A stretch of DNA of 64,000 nucleotides from an archaeon (GCA_024277205.1 JAJRVP010000005.1:2286-66285), one strand, 5' to 3'; numbered from the stretch's first letter, positions 29,693 through 40,122 are shown. The notes: generated by a model from the sequence alone, not told the origin. Numbers and translations are program-made.

Positions 29693-31734
29693 GCAAATTC
29701 ACCAAGTGCAATTGCAACTTTTGCCATTCCAGCAAACGCAATTGTTACTCCTAATGCTATAAAGAAATAAATAATTATTGAAATAATTAGTGCTTTTTGA
29801 ATAGAATCCAACTCTTGGATTCTATCATCGCCAAATTCTATTTTACTTGCTAAAATTGTTGATATAACTACAATTTCAATAAGATAAATTCCTACAACAA
29901 TTTGAAAAATTGGCAAGGGTATTGTATTTGACATCTCAAAAAACCCAAATGCCATTGAACCCCCTAAACCTGCGCCACCAACAGTTCCTGGAACTTCTGC
30001 TGCTGAGGTTGCTGCTGATATTTTCTCACCCAATACTGAAAGAATAATTAATATCATTGATGTCAAACCAACAATAATTCCTGAAATCAAAGGTGCGATA
30101 AAAGAAGATTGAAACTTTAGAGTTGAAAGAGTTTCTGAAAGAACATCTCTTATTTTTTCTTCAATTCTATGTACTGATTGGAGATAGTGTGCAATGTGCA
30201 TTAATGAAGCTGCTGCAACTTCTTCAGATTCTTTTGTGGATTCAATAAAAATCTTCATAACACTTTTTATTAAAGAAGATGGGTACATTACAATAGCGCC
30301 ATATTTAGAATCAAAAATTGCTCTTTTTAGGTCCATGCCAAGTTTGGACATGTTGTCTGCAATTCTTTTAATAAATAAAGCCACATTTGATTCTTTCATG
30401 GTTGCTGCTGTTTTAAGCATTGCAATTTCTGCTGGAACACCTTCTGATAATCTGTTTCCTATTTGGAAAACAGCATATGTGAAATCTCTTTCAACACCTT
30501 TTATGTCCTTCCTTAGTTTTACTCTTATTCCTGAAGCTAATTTTGCATAAACAGCAATTCCCATTCCTATTGCCAAAATTAAAAATAATGAAAACAAAAC
30601 ATCATTCTCGCTTGGAACAGGACTTCTCATAAAAATCAAATACCAAACAAATGGGATTACGAGGACAAAAAAAGTTAATGCTGCTGGTATTGCTGCATGA
30701 ACTGGTTTACCAAATAGATAAAAATGGTCTTTTGGAGGAACAAGAGGGTGTCCTTCGAGATTTATTTGTGGAAATGCTGTTGGTCTTGTTGAAAGTATTT
30801 GCATTATCATTAATATAACTGCTAATGGAAGAAGTATATCATAAAAAACAAAAAGTGATGATGGGGTTAAAAGATTTGCAAGAAATGCACCAATCAATGG
30901 GAGCATGACAAGTCCCATTATTGGAAGTGTTATACCCAGCATAAAAACTGCGGAGATTGGGGTTCTTAAATCATTTACATAATGAACCATCATCTCATAT
31001 GTTCCATCAAGAATTCTTTTTAATGCTTGGTCAAGCATATTAATTCTTCTTTCTTCGCTAATTTGGACTAATGATGTTTCAATTAAATATATAGAATCCA
31101 CAAATGCCTCATTATACTCTTTCCATTGTTTTAAATAAGCATTAAGTGCTTCTTGAATGTCTGCATACTTTTTTGCAGAAACATCCCAAAGCATTTTTCT
31201 AAAATCCATGCCAAGCGGACCTTCAAGATTATCTGCTGCAAATCTTACTGCTGCTTCAAGATTAGAAACTGTTTTCATGTATATTACAATATACAAAACT
31301 GAAAGTATAACTTCAGTAGATGCTTTTGCCCTTCTTATCTGAACAAGTTTTTGAGGGTAATCTTTTAGATAAAAAAATGCAAATAAACCAAGTGCTATTA
31401 GAGCAATACCAAACATTAATGAAATTATAAAAAAGAAAACACCAAATACTATTGCTGCTACAAATGTAAGAATTGCAAGGGACATTGCATCTTCTGCGGT
31501 GACAGCATAGTTAAAGGATTTGAAAATATTATCTATCTCTGCTTTTTTGTCTGGGGGGACAGGGTATTTAAATATCTTTCCAGCAAACTGGGCAAGTTTT
31601 TCATAAAGCATTGTGGCTTTTGTTTTTTCAGAAATAAAAATTCTGTATTCCCTAGTCAAAAGTTCTTCTGAGAGTTCCCCTTGCTCTGCTTTATATTGTT
31701 CATAAAGCTTACGAGCAATTTCTTTTTCCCTCAT
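29689..31734 (-). CDS. Type IV filament membrane platform protein (TadB/TadC, ArlJ-like)
   Basis: Two T2SSF-like halves (NLEAAVRFAA...GPLGMDF; GVPAEIAM) with many TM helices; directly downstream of the ATPase. Confidence 0.85.
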   Translation of the reverse strand: MREKEIARKLYEQYKAEQGELSEELLTREYRIFISEKTKATMLYEKLAQFAGKIFKYPVPPDKKAEIDNIFKSFNYAVTAEDAMSLAILTFVAAIVFGVFFFIISLMFGIALIALGLFAFFYLKDYPQKLVQIRRAKASTEVILSVLYIVIYMKTVSNLEAAVRFAADNLEGPLGMDFRKMLWDVSAKKYADIQEALNAYLKQWKEYNEAFVDSIYLIETSLVQISEERRINMLDQALKRILDGTYEMMVHYVNDLRTPISAVFMLGITLPIMGLVMLPLIGAFLANLLTPSSLFVFYDILLPLAVILMIMQILSTRPTAFPQINLEGHPLVPPKDHFYLFGKPVHAAIPAALTFFVLVIPFVWYLIFMRSPVPSENDVLFSLFLILAIGMGIAVYAKLASGIRVKLRKDIKGVERDFTYAVFQIGNRLSEGVPAEIAMLKTAATMKESNVALFIKRIADNMSKLGMDLKRAIFDSKYGAIVMYPSSLIKSVMKIFIESTKESEEVAAASLMHIAHYLQSVHRIEEKIRDVLSETLSTLKFQSSFIAPLISGIIVGLTSMILIILSVLGEKISAATSAAEVPGTVGGAGLGGSMAFGFFEMSNTIPLPIFQIVVGIYLIEIVVISTILASKIEFGDDRIQELDSIQKALIISIIIYFFIALGVTIAFAGMAKVAIALGEFA

Positions 31735-34061
31735 TATGTCTCTCCTTTTTTAATTCTTGATTTTAACCAAACTTCAAATTCTCTTAGAACTTCTTTTGAT
31801 TCAGGATATCCTGTTTCCTCTCTTAAATTATCAAATATTCTATGAAATATATCATTTGCTTCAACAACAAAGTCAGCTTCTAAAAGTCCATTTGGTCCTG
31901 TTATTCTGCCTGTTTTTTCAGCATACTTTCTCAACATATCTTTTATTTCTCCACGCAAAACAATGTTGTCCCAAACTAAATCCCATTTACCAACCCATGC
32001 TCTTACTTTTGATGCAATTGATTTTACAACTTCGCTTTCACCTTCAATCAAATCTCTTGTTGGTACAATTTTATCTTCTTTTGCATCATACTCCATTAAA
32101 TTCATAAATCCCCCTTCTTTAAGAGGGTCTTCTTCCCAAGTTTTTCTTATTTCTGTTATGTGAGTTGTTCTTCTTATCTCTCTCATCTGGTCTGGGGTTC
32201 TAAGTTTTCCTGCAACCACAACTATATCTGTTGCTTTGAAACTTGTTCTTGGAACGCCCAAATCATTTACAACTCTATCAAATACACCATATGGAGAATC
32301 TCCATGTATTGTACCTGCTACAACATTTGCAAGAGCACCAACCCTCATAGCTTCATAAAGCGCTCTTGCTTCTGTGCTTCTTACTTCACCCACAATCAAC
32401 GCAGAGTCTCCTAAACGAAGAGATGTCCTTATGCCATCCTCTGCAGAAAGTTCTGCTTTTTCTCCAACAATTGCTGAACGTACTTTCATTGGAAGGATAT
32501 TATATCCTATATTTCTCATGTAATTAACTGGAAGTTCAAGTGTATCTTCAACAGTAATAATTCTAAACTTTCGCATTATTTCAACCATTAATGCACCCAA
32601 CAAGGAGGTTTTACCAGCACCTCTTGTTCCTGCGATGAGCATTGAACGTGCACCATCAATTAAAAATGAAAGAAGTCCTGCTGCTTCTTTTGAAAGCGTT
32701 TTATAGTGTATGAATAAAGGTAGTGTCCATGGTCTTTCTCTATGCTGTCTAAATGCAAAAGAATATCCCCCGGGACTTAATGGATTCTGAATTATTGCGG
32801 TTCTTGCTCTTGCAACATTTGGGATAAATAATTCGGTATCAAGAACAGGATTTGCTTCATCTAAGGGTCTTCCTGAAATCATTCTAAATCTTGATGCCCA
32901 TGAATCTGCTTCTCTTCTTTGAGGAATAATATTAGTTTCACATTCGCCATATTCTGCATGCTTTATGTAAATTGGTAAAGTTCCAATTGGTGCATTGATG
33001 TATATGTCCTCAACTTTTGGGTCGCTAAGAAGAACTTCAATCATTCCAAAACCAACAGTAAGTCTTACAAGAAGTTTTGCGAGCCTTTCTACTTTAGTAT
33101 ATGAAATTTTGATTCCTTTGTTTTTTGCAACTTGGGTAATCAAATCTTTTGCTATGTTAAAAAATATCGAACGCATTCTTTCTGGGTCAATAAATTCTTC
33201 TTCTTTTGGCTTGTATCTGGATATAATCTGTCTTGCTTCATCAAGCAAAACATATTCATCCTCTGCTAATTGAAACTCTGGGGATAGAACATGGTATCTT
33301 AATCTAACTTGATTTGGGAGTTTTAAAATAGAAACTGTTGATTTCAGCTCTTTGCCAATTGTATATGTTGCTATTTCTTCAGCCATTGTTGGTGGTTCTG
33401 CTTGCAATCTAGTAAACATAAAATTTGGACGTATTAGTGGCTCAAAGAATTTAAAATATATGTCCCTGTTCCCAACTTTATATCCTGGTAAATATGGTTT
33501 GGCAAGTTTGATTAACTCTGTTTTTTCAAGTCTTTCTATGATTTCATCAAGAACAGCTATAAATTTTTGTAAACATTTTTTATATTTTGATTCATAAAGT
33601 TCCATCTGTGCCTTTTTTTCTCTCTTAATCCTTATTGCTGAAACATAAGCACCAACAGGGTCTCTTTTTAGTTGCTCCATTACAATTCTGCGTATGGTAT
33701 GCAAAAGTTCTGGATAAAATTTTTGGCAATCTGGAGAGTCCAATCCAATTGATTCTTTTTTTAATATCTCCCTTTGTTTGATTAAATAAACATAAACAGA
33801 AGCAATTTCATTCAAAAATTTAACTTGTTCAAAGGGATATATGTAATTTCTTTCTGCTTGGTAAGTTATTGTTGTAACTGCACCGGTTTCGATAAGAAGG
33901 TTAATTGTTTTTTCCATGCATTCTCCGCTATCTTCTAGAGATGGGTAAAATGGACAACCAATTGTATTGATTACAAGATTTATCTCACCACCTTCTCTAA
34001 CTATTTCATAATCAAAACACTTTTTTTCTTGTTTTACCATGCTCAACCTCACCAAAGGCAT
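31734..34061 (-). CDS. Type II/IV secretion assembly ATPase (TadA/ArlI-like)
   Basis: Walker A GTRGAGKT, Asp box TVEDTLEL, Walker B LIVGEVR, His box TIHGDS. Confidence 0.93.
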   Translation of the reverse strand: MPLVRLSMVKQEKKCFDYEIVREGGEINLVINTIGCPFYPSLEDSGECMEKTINLLIETGAVTTITYQAERNYIYPFEQVKFLNEIASVYVYLIKQREILKKESIGLDSPDCQKFYPELLHTIRRIVMEQLKRDPVGAYVSAIRIKREKKAQMELYESKYKKCLQKFIAVLDEIIERLEKTELIKLAKPYLPGYKVGNRDIYFKFFEPLIRPNFMFTRLQAEPPTMAEEIATYTIGKELKSTVSILKLPNQVRLRYHVLSPEFQLAEDEYVLLDEARQIISRYKPKEEEFIDPERMRSIFFNIAKDLITQVAKNKGIKISYTKVERLAKLLVRLTVGFGMIEVLLSDPKVEDIYINAPIGTLPIYIKHAEYGECETNIIPQRREADSWASRFRMISGRPLDEANPVLDTELFIPNVARARTAIIQNPLSPGGYSFAFRQHRERPWTLPLFIHYKTLSKEAAGLLSFLIDGARSMLIAGTRGAGKTSLLGALMVEIMRKFRIITVEDTLELPVNYMRNIGYNILPMKVRSAIVGEKAELSAEDGIRTSLRLGDSALIVGEVRSTEARALYEAMRVGALANVVAGTIHGDSPYGVFDRVVNDLGVPRTSFKATDIVVVAGKLRTPDQMREIRRTTHITEIRKTWEEDPLKEGGFMNLMEYDAKEDKIVPTRDLIEGESEVVKSIASKVRAWVGKWDLVWDNIVLRGEIKDMLRKYAEKTGRITGPNGLLEADFVVEANDIFHRIFDNLREETGYPESKEVLREFEVWLKSRIKKGET

Positions 34062-34147
34062 TATTTTTTTAACATATTTATATTAACACTAAGATATTAA
34101 ATAGTTAATTATATAATCTTAATTAGTATTTTTAAAAAGGAGAGAAA
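34062..34147. promoter_or_regulatory. Divergent promoter region between the pilus ATPase and the coiled-coil genes
   Basis: Very AT-rich 86-bp gap with TATA-like elements on both strands. Confidence 0.45.
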
Positions 34148-34555
34148 ATGGCAAATTTATTAGGTAAACCCCAACAAAAAACACAACCACAACCTGAAAT
34201 TTCAAATATTTTAAAAAAAATAGGGCAGCTTAGTGAAAGAACTCGTCTTCTCGAAGAAAGAATGAAGCAAACAAGAAGCAAAATACAAGTTTTAGACGAA
34301 ACATTTTCAGCTAAAATAAACGATTTAAGGGATGCAACAAACAATTTTCAAAATCAATTAATCTCATTGCGTAAAGAATTAAGTGAAACAAAAGAACTTT
34401 TAAGAAGAGTTGTGAAAGAACTTGGTTCTACTGCAAAATTGAGTGATGTAAAAGTTTTAGAAAAATACATAAATATGATTGACATTACAAGACTTATAAC
34501 AAAAGAAGATGTTGAAAAAATTGTTGAAGAAAAATTAAAAAAGAAAAAAAGTTGA
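34148..34555 (+). CDS. Coiled-coil hypothetical protein
   Basis: Heptad pattern; R.RLLEER and DVKVLEKYI segments. Confidence 0.75.
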   Translation: MANLLGKPQQKTQPQPEISNILKKIGQLSERTRLLEERMKQTRSKIQVLDETFSAKINDLRDATNNFQNQLISLRKELSETKELLRRVVKELGSTAKLSDVKVLEKYINMIDITRLITKEDVEKIVEEKLKKKKS

Positions 34556-34556
34556 G

Positions 34557-35315
34557 GTGAAAAATTTGGCTTTTAGATTACCATTCGGCAAAAAGAAAGA
34601 AGAAGCTCTTCCTGAGATGCCTGAAACTACAATTCCTGTTTCACAAGTTCTTAGTATGAGGGCGCAAGGCATGACAAATTCTCAAATTGCAAATCAGCTT
34701 AGGGCGCAAGGATTTACATTAAGTCAGATAAGAGATGCTATTGCTCAAGCAGATATAAAAAGTGCTGTTGTACCTACAGGAATGCCTCAACAACCAATGC
34801 AAGAAATGCCAGAGATGCCACCTATGCCAGAATTACCACCAATGCCGCAAGAACAACAAATGCCTGGCCTTCCAGAGATGCCACCTGTTCCTGAGATGCC
34901 TCCAATGCCAGGAGTTCCAAGTACACCACCAATGCCTAGTCCTACTCAAAAACCTGTTCTTCCAAAAGGGGCAGTAGGTATGGATGAATTAGTAGAGGAA
35001 TTACAAAGAATAATCGAGAACATTATTGAAGAAAAATGGAAAGAAGTTGAACAAAAACTATCTGGGTTGAATGCTTGGAAAGCAAAAATAGAAGAAAAAG
35101 TTAATAATCTTGACTCAAAAGTTTCTGAATTAGACTCAAGAATTGATGATTTCTCTAAGACACTAGTATCGAAAACAGAAGAGTATAAAGACACGATGGG
35201 TGAAGTAAGCACACAAATGGAAGCAATTGAAAAGCTCATGGGTAAGTTAGTACCAAGTTTAGCAGAGGAAATAAAAGAATTAAGAAGTGTTGTTGAAAAA
35301 ATGAAAAAGAAATAA
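34557..35315 (+). CDS. Protein with a helical N-terminal domain, Pro/Met-rich linker and C-terminal coiled coil
   Basis: RAQG twice, MPEMPP-type repeats, IENIIEEKW and coiled-coil C-terminus. Confidence 0.75.
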   Translation: MKNLAFRLPFGKKKEEALPEMPETTIPVSQVLSMRAQGMTNSQIANQLRAQGFTLSQIRDAIAQADIKSAVVPTGMPQQPMQEMPEMPPMPELPPMPQEQQMPGLPEMPPVPEMPPMPGVPSTPPMPSPTQKPVLPKGAVGMDELVEELQRIIENIIEEKWKEVEQKLSGLNAWKAKIEEKVNNLDSKVSELDSRIDDFSKTLVSKTEEYKDTMGEVSTQMEAIEKLMGKLVPSLAEEIKELRSVVEKMKKK

Positions 35316-35364
35316 TCTCTTCCTTAGAAACTTTTAAGAAAAGTTTCATCAAAAAAAGAAAGAA

Positions 35365-35955
35365 TTAGCTTTTAGGTACATAGACTACGAAGAATGTAGC
35401 AATTGCTAAAAGCCCCAATAATACTATCGCACCTAAAACTTTTGGATGGGAAATCATGCATGCTACTGCCCTTCCACCACTAATTGCTGTAAAATCGCAT
35501 GTTGCTTGAGATGCGGGTGTGTATTCTGCAGTTACTGTCACATTCCCTTCAGCTGCCGCTCCAGCTCCTGCTTCATAAAGTCCACTCCCAAACATCTGCC
35601 CCATTACATAAAATACAAATATTAAACTTACTATCACTAATAAAGCAATTATAAATTTGCTTTTGAGCACATCTTCAACCCTTAATCCGAAAAATAAGAA
35701 TATCATTAACATAAAAAATACTATTATAAACAATGTTGCCATGAATGGTGCTAAATTCATTAAAAATTTACCAGCACCAGAAAGTGCCACAATTAATGCG
35801 ATTGCAAAAGATATGACTGCATTAATATTTGCATCTTCTGTTAAAAATTTTGTTTTAAGCAAAATTGCATATGTTACTGCAAATACTAATAAAAATGGTA
35901 GGAAAAAGTCAAATATGTCTGAAAAAAATCCTAATGTTTCGAGTAATGTTGCCAT
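35365..35955 (-). CDS. Multi-pass membrane protein, paralogue 3
   Basis: FDFFLPFLLVFAVTYAILLKT...INAVISFAIAL. Confidence 0.75.
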   Translation of the reverse strand: MATLLETLGFFSDIFDFFLPFLLVFAVTYAILLKTKFLTEDANINAVISFAIALIVALSGAGKFLMNLAPFMATLFIIVFFMLMIFLFFGLRVEDVLKSKFIIALLVIVSLIFVFYVMGQMFGSGLYEAGAGAAAEGNVTVTAEYTPASQATCDFTAISGGRAVACMISHPKVLGAIVLLGLLAIATFFVVYVPKS

Positions 35956-35965
35956 TTTATATCAC

Positions 35966-36550
35966 CTATTTCCATCCCTTGCCAAATATCCATTTTGGGA
36001 GTTTTAAATAATCTTTTTCTGGTTTTTTAGTTCCAACAATTGCCCAAATTATGCCAATAACAATTATAGCAGCCATAATCATCGCCACATCATCATCTGA
36101 AATAGAAACTCCTGTACCCTCTGAAATATATCCTGCTGCTGAAAGTTCTGGTGCAACAGCAGAGTATGTCAAAAATATTACAATTATAAATGCGACAATT
36201 GCAATAAATGGTGCTGCTCTTAATCCACCTTCAAATGCATCTGGTGAAAGGAATGCAATTACCATTAGCAATCCTAAAATTGCCATAATTGCAATGCCTA
36301 TGTTTGGGAAAAGTTTTGCAATTATAATTGTTGCAAATGCACTGCTTGCCACAAAATAAGAGATTACTGCAGCTACAATGAATGCAATTCCTCTTGATTC
36401 TTTAAATAAGGGAAGTAATTGCAACAATAGGTATATTATACCAAATGAAATCAAAAGGGTTGCCCAAAAATAAACAGGATCTATGCCTATTGGAACAAAT
36501 CCTTGTAATAGTTTACCCATACTTGATAATATACCTGAAATTGTTACCAT
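35966..36550 (-). CDS. Multi-pass membrane protein, paralogue 2
   Basis: LLISFGIIYLLL..LPLF....IAFIVAAVIS; same architecture as its neighbours. Confidence 0.7.
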   Translation of the reverse strand: MVTISGILSSMGKLLQGFVPIGIDPVYFWATLLISFGIIYLLLQLLPLFKESRGIAFIVAAVISYFVASSAFATIIIAKLFPNIGIAIMAILGLLMVIAFLSPDAFEGGLRAAPFIAIVAFIIVIFLTYSAVAPELSAAGYISEGTGVSISDDDVAMIMAAIIVIGIIWAIVGTKKPEKDYLKLPKWIFGKGWK

Positions 36551-37074
36551 TTTGATTCACCCTTTTTTCCTCCAGCTTTAACAACAATTGCAAAGGCACC
36601 AAAACCAATTATTAACATTATGAGTAATGCTATGTCCTCCTCAGTTAAGAAACTTCCAGCTCCTGCTAGTGATTCATTTAATCCTAATCCGAAATATAGT
36701 CCTAATCCTAATGCGATTACAACAAAAATAAGGGCTCCAGCTTTTACCCAATCGCTTTTAAACAATTCTCCTACATCTCCGCCATAAACCATTGCTGCGA
36801 GCATTAAAAATGCGACAACAATTAGGGCAATAAAACCAACCCATGGTAAAAATCCTGCAACACCTTTTAATACCCAACTTGTGGTTGAAGCTATGAGGGC
36901 AATAACAAGGGCAATAATTGCATTTATGTCTTTTCTTCCCTCTCCAAAAACTTGGGTTTTTTCAAGAGCACCATAAATTATTGCAAAAAATAGTATGAAT
37001 GGTAGGAAAAAGTCAAAAAATCCTATTTCTCTTAAAGTTTGAATTCCGCCCAACATCAAAGATTCTTCAGTCAT
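36544..37074 (-). CDS. Multi-pass membrane protein, paralogue 1
   Basis: GFFDFFLPFILFFAIIYGALEKT...INAIIALVIAL. Confidence 0.75.
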   Translation of the reverse strand: MTEESLMLGGIQTLREIGFFDFFLPFILFFAIIYGALEKTQVFGEGRKDINAIIALVIALIASTTSWVLKGVAGFLPWVGFIALIVVAFLMLAAMVYGGDVGELFKSDWVKAGALIFVVIALGLGLYFGLGLNESLAGAGSFLTEEDIALLIMLIIGFGAFAIVVKAGGKKGESKW

Positions 37075-38468
37075 TATTTCACCCTCATCATGATTATTTG
37101 GGTGCCCTCTTTTTTAAATGTCCATGTATACCCACCTTTTAATTTAGAGCACGTATGTCCTTCTTTACGTTTATCTAATTTTTCATTACAAATTGGACAT
37201 GTTGTACGTTTTGTAACATTGTAACTACGCTCAACTTTTATTTTTCCTTTTTTATCTTTTTTTTCAATCCAAACCACAGATTTCCATATGTGGTCAATTT
37301 GTTGAATAAATCCTGCGATAGCATTAATATCTGTATTCAATTTAATGAGGTATTTTTCTAATTCTATTATTAATTCACCTTCACTTCCAGGAACATGGGG
37401 ATCTGTCAATCGTTTTAATTCCAAAACTTTTTCTTTAATCTTTCCGATATTAAACATCCTCCTTGTTCTTCCTTTAGAAAGCAAAAGGATTAATTCTGCT
37501 AATAATTTTCTTTTCTCACCAATCCTTAATTTTACTTCTTTTTCTTTTTGTTCTATTTCTTTTTTTAATGATTCTGCTTGATTTATATACTCGAGTGTCA
37601 TCTCAGCAGCATCTCTTAACTCTTTTAATTTCCAACCAGGAACTCTTGCATCTTTTATAGCGGTTAATGCTTCAATATCTTTTATTTTCTTTTTTTCTAT
37701 TTGCAATGAATCCAGATTTTTCTTGATTTCATCGATTAATGGGGGTATCCTTTTTTCAAGGGAACGCTCATGCCCATAATCTCGTAATCTTTTTAAAAAA
37801 TTAATTGTTGAATCTACCTCTTTGGGTGAGCTTAATCTAAGTTTCCACCTTCTTGCCCAATCGTTTAAGAATTGATATATTCTTTCGTAGGCTTCATGTT
37901 CATACTCTACTGTTTTAAGTAAATCGCTCATTTCATGAACTGCTTGTTTTTCTTCTTTTTTTATTCGTTCTACATCTTCCTTAATTTCTTCTTCCATTTG
38001 AGATTCTTCTTTTTTCTTCCTTTTTAAAAGCTTGGAGAATAATCCTTCTCCTCTTGGAGCTAATCCTCTTGTTGTAGCTCCAATTCCTCTTCCCCATCTC
38101 CAAGTTGCAAGTATTAATCCACCAAATAAAACCACAAATGCGATAAATGCAAATATAATTCCAAATGTCTCAAGCATTGCAGCCATTAACAAAGCCACAC
38201 CAGAATATAATGAGATCAGGGTTATGGCAACAGTCATTAAAAATACTATTTTATTCAAAGTATGTTCTTCAATATTAGCTTTATCTGTTAAAGGTTTAAG
38301 AACAATATATCTTAAAAGGAAATATGTCAATACACCAAGTATAAGCATGGAAAGTGTAACTGGAACAGCAAGCATTACTGCCTCTGCACCACCAAGCGCT
38401 CCAAGGATATAAATCCAAGGTGTCCATATGTATAATAATACTTTTTCAACCATAGTTGGTTCAGCCAT
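37074..38468 (-). CDS. Membrane-anchored coiled-coil protein with a C-terminal Zn-finger-like motif
   Basis: N-terminal TM helices, long charged helical region, CPIC...HTC. Confidence 0.65.
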   Translation of the reverse strand: MAEPTMVEKVLLYIWTPWIYILGALGGAEAVMLAVPVTLSMLILGVLTYFLLRYIVLKPLTDKANIEEHTLNKIVFLMTVAITLISLYSGVALLMAAMLETFGIIFAFIAFVVLFGGLILATWRWGRGIGATTRGLAPRGEGLFSKLLKRKKKEESQMEEEIKEDVERIKKEEKQAVHEMSDLLKTVEYEHEAYERIYQFLNDWARRWKLRLSSPKEVDSTINFLKRLRDYGHERSLEKRIPPLIDEIKKNLDSLQIEKKKIKDIEALTAIKDARVPGWKLKELRDAAEMTLEYINQAESLKKEIEQKEKEVKLRIGEKRKLLAELILLLSKGRTRRMFNIGKIKEKVLELKRLTDPHVPGSEGELIIELEKYLIKLNTDINAIAGFIQQIDHIWKSVVWIEKKDKKGKIKVERSYNVTKRTTCPICNEKLDKRKEGHTCSKLKGGYTWTFKKEGTQIIMMRVK

Positions 38469-38521
38469 AAAACCACCAAATTTTTACATACTTTTTACAA
38501 TTATATAAATTCCTATTATAT

Positions 38522-39127
38522 TTATATGTATTTAACTTTTGGCAATGTTGGATATGTGGACTTTAATCTGTTAATAGCTAAATCAATTGGTGTTTTTGGC
38601 AATTCCTCACCACATACCATATATCTCAATAAATCTTCTTCTTTGATTTTATCATTTATTCCTTCTAACAGTTTTAATAATTCTTCTCCATCTTCTGATA
38701 CAGAGAATTCTATTTCGGTTTCAACAACATAATTTTTTCCCTTAAATCTAATTTTTCCATTTGGGTAATACCTAAGAAATTGTAGGGCAACATATGCATC
38801 TCTTGGTTGAGAATTGATTGGTGGGTTGTCAATTATCAATATGTTAGGATCATAGATTGAGGTTTCTCTTTCTTTTTTTCTTCGCAATTGTTCTAACTTG
38901 TTCATTTTTAATGCAATCACTGCCATACATTTCGTATTCGGAGTATAGTGCCTCTCTTGAAGGATTTCAGTTACAATATCCTTTTCAAATTCATATATAT
39001 TCATCTGTTGAAGTAAAAACCATTTTCGTTTGAATGAATTTTTTATAGCATTTCTTGGACAAGAACAACTAAGGTTATCTAAATAACTATCAGAAGTAAC
39101 TATGTTTCTTAAATCTTTGAAAATCAT
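38522..39127 (-). CDS. Hypothetical protein
   Basis: 201-aa ORF with a GGTG SD; no family recognised. Confidence 0.55.
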   Translation of the reverse strand: MIFKDLRNIVTSDSYLDNLSCSCPRNAIKNSFKRKWFLLQQMNIYEFEKDIVTEILQERHYTPNTKCMAVIALKMNKLEQLRRKKERETSIYDPNILIIDNPPINSQPRDAYVALQFLRYYPNGKIRFKGKNYVVETEIEFSVSEDGEELLKLLEGINDKIKEEDLLRYMVCGEELPKTPIDLAINRLKSTYPTLPKVKYI

Positions 39128-39190
39128 TCTTACACCAACACATACATAACATTACGAATTAAAAAAATTTTTTAAAATAAAAAAAGAAAA

Positions 39191-40120
39191 TTACTGTATT
39201 CCTTGCCCTACATTTACTGTTCCTTGTTGTTTGTCTTTTTCAATTTGTGTTACTAAATCATCTGTACTTGGCATTGGCATTGGGTTTTGATATGTTGAAA
39301 AAGCTGCTGCAATTAAATCTTTCTCCCCAAATCTACCAACAAGGTCTTCTAACTTATTTCTTGCATCTTGTTCTCCAAGTATATCAGACATACCATATTG
39401 TTTTGTTGTCCTGAATCTTTTTCTAAATATTTCCCCAGGTAATCTTATCTTTACTTCTCCATGTGGGTCTGGCACTAGTTCTCTTACTAAGACACCACAA
39501 GAGCTATACATCTCCTTTCCACTTTGTGTTTTTTTCTTTGAAAATGGAAATCTGTGTTTTTGTGCTCCACCTAAATCAATAACTTGTACCAAATTGAATG
39601 AACCATAAGGTTTTTTCCTTTCCTCTGGTAATAACCTCTCTGCAAAATCGTATGCTGCAAATAAAGCTGCTTTTTTTCCCATACATAAATGTGGATCTGC
39701 TTCAATATCTGTAATAGCAGATTCCCTTTGGTCTATTGTATATCTCCCTGGGAATGGAGATAATGTCCATACTCTTGGTTTTTTTCTTTGGTGTGTTGGA
39801 CATTTGTATCCAGATGGATTCATTCCAATACATTCTGGCAAAACTGTTTGTTCTTCAAATGCCATTGTTGGGTCAATTTTCGTTTTTTTATCAAAGTACA
39901 TTTTCGTGAGTCCATATGCAATTGTCCCACCTGCTGCCATCCATGGAAGTGCTGCTAATAATTGGTTTGAAAGAGATAGACTCTGTGATATCTCTGTACC
40001 AACTCCTGCATTGGATGCGCTATCTACTAATTTGACACCTAATTGTGTCAAACCAAATGCATACAATGGTTTTGTTACTCCATTCCAAAGTATTTTTTTT
40101 GCTTTTTGTAAGTATTCCAT
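39191..40120 (-). CDS. Hypothetical protein with a probable TM helix
   Basis: 309-aa ORF; GGTGA SD; no family recognised. Confidence 0.6.
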   Translation of the reverse strand: MEYLQKAKKILWNGVTKPLYAFGLTQLGVKLVDSASNAGVGTEISQSLSLSNQLLAALPWMAAGGTIAYGLTKMYFDKKTKIDPTMAFEEQTVLPECIGMNPSGYKCPTHQRKKPRVWTLSPFPGRYTIDQRESAITDIEADPHLCMGKKAALFAAYDFAERLLPEERKKPYGSFNLVQVIDLGGAQKHRFPFSKKKTQSGKEMYSSCGVLVRELVPDPHGEVKIRLPGEIFRKRFRTTKQYGMSDILGEQDARNKLEDLVGRFGEKDLIAAAFSTYQNPMPMPSTDDLVTQIEKDKQQGTVNVGQGIQ

Positions 40121-40122
40121 AC

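Noticed and set aside
29689-34061. Archaellum (motility) operon
   Set aside because: No recognisable archaellins, ArlH, ArlF/G or chemotaxis genes in the window.
34780-34945. Tandem DNA repeat (ATGCC-rich)
   Set aside because: Explained by the Pro/Met-rich coding linker of 34557-35315.
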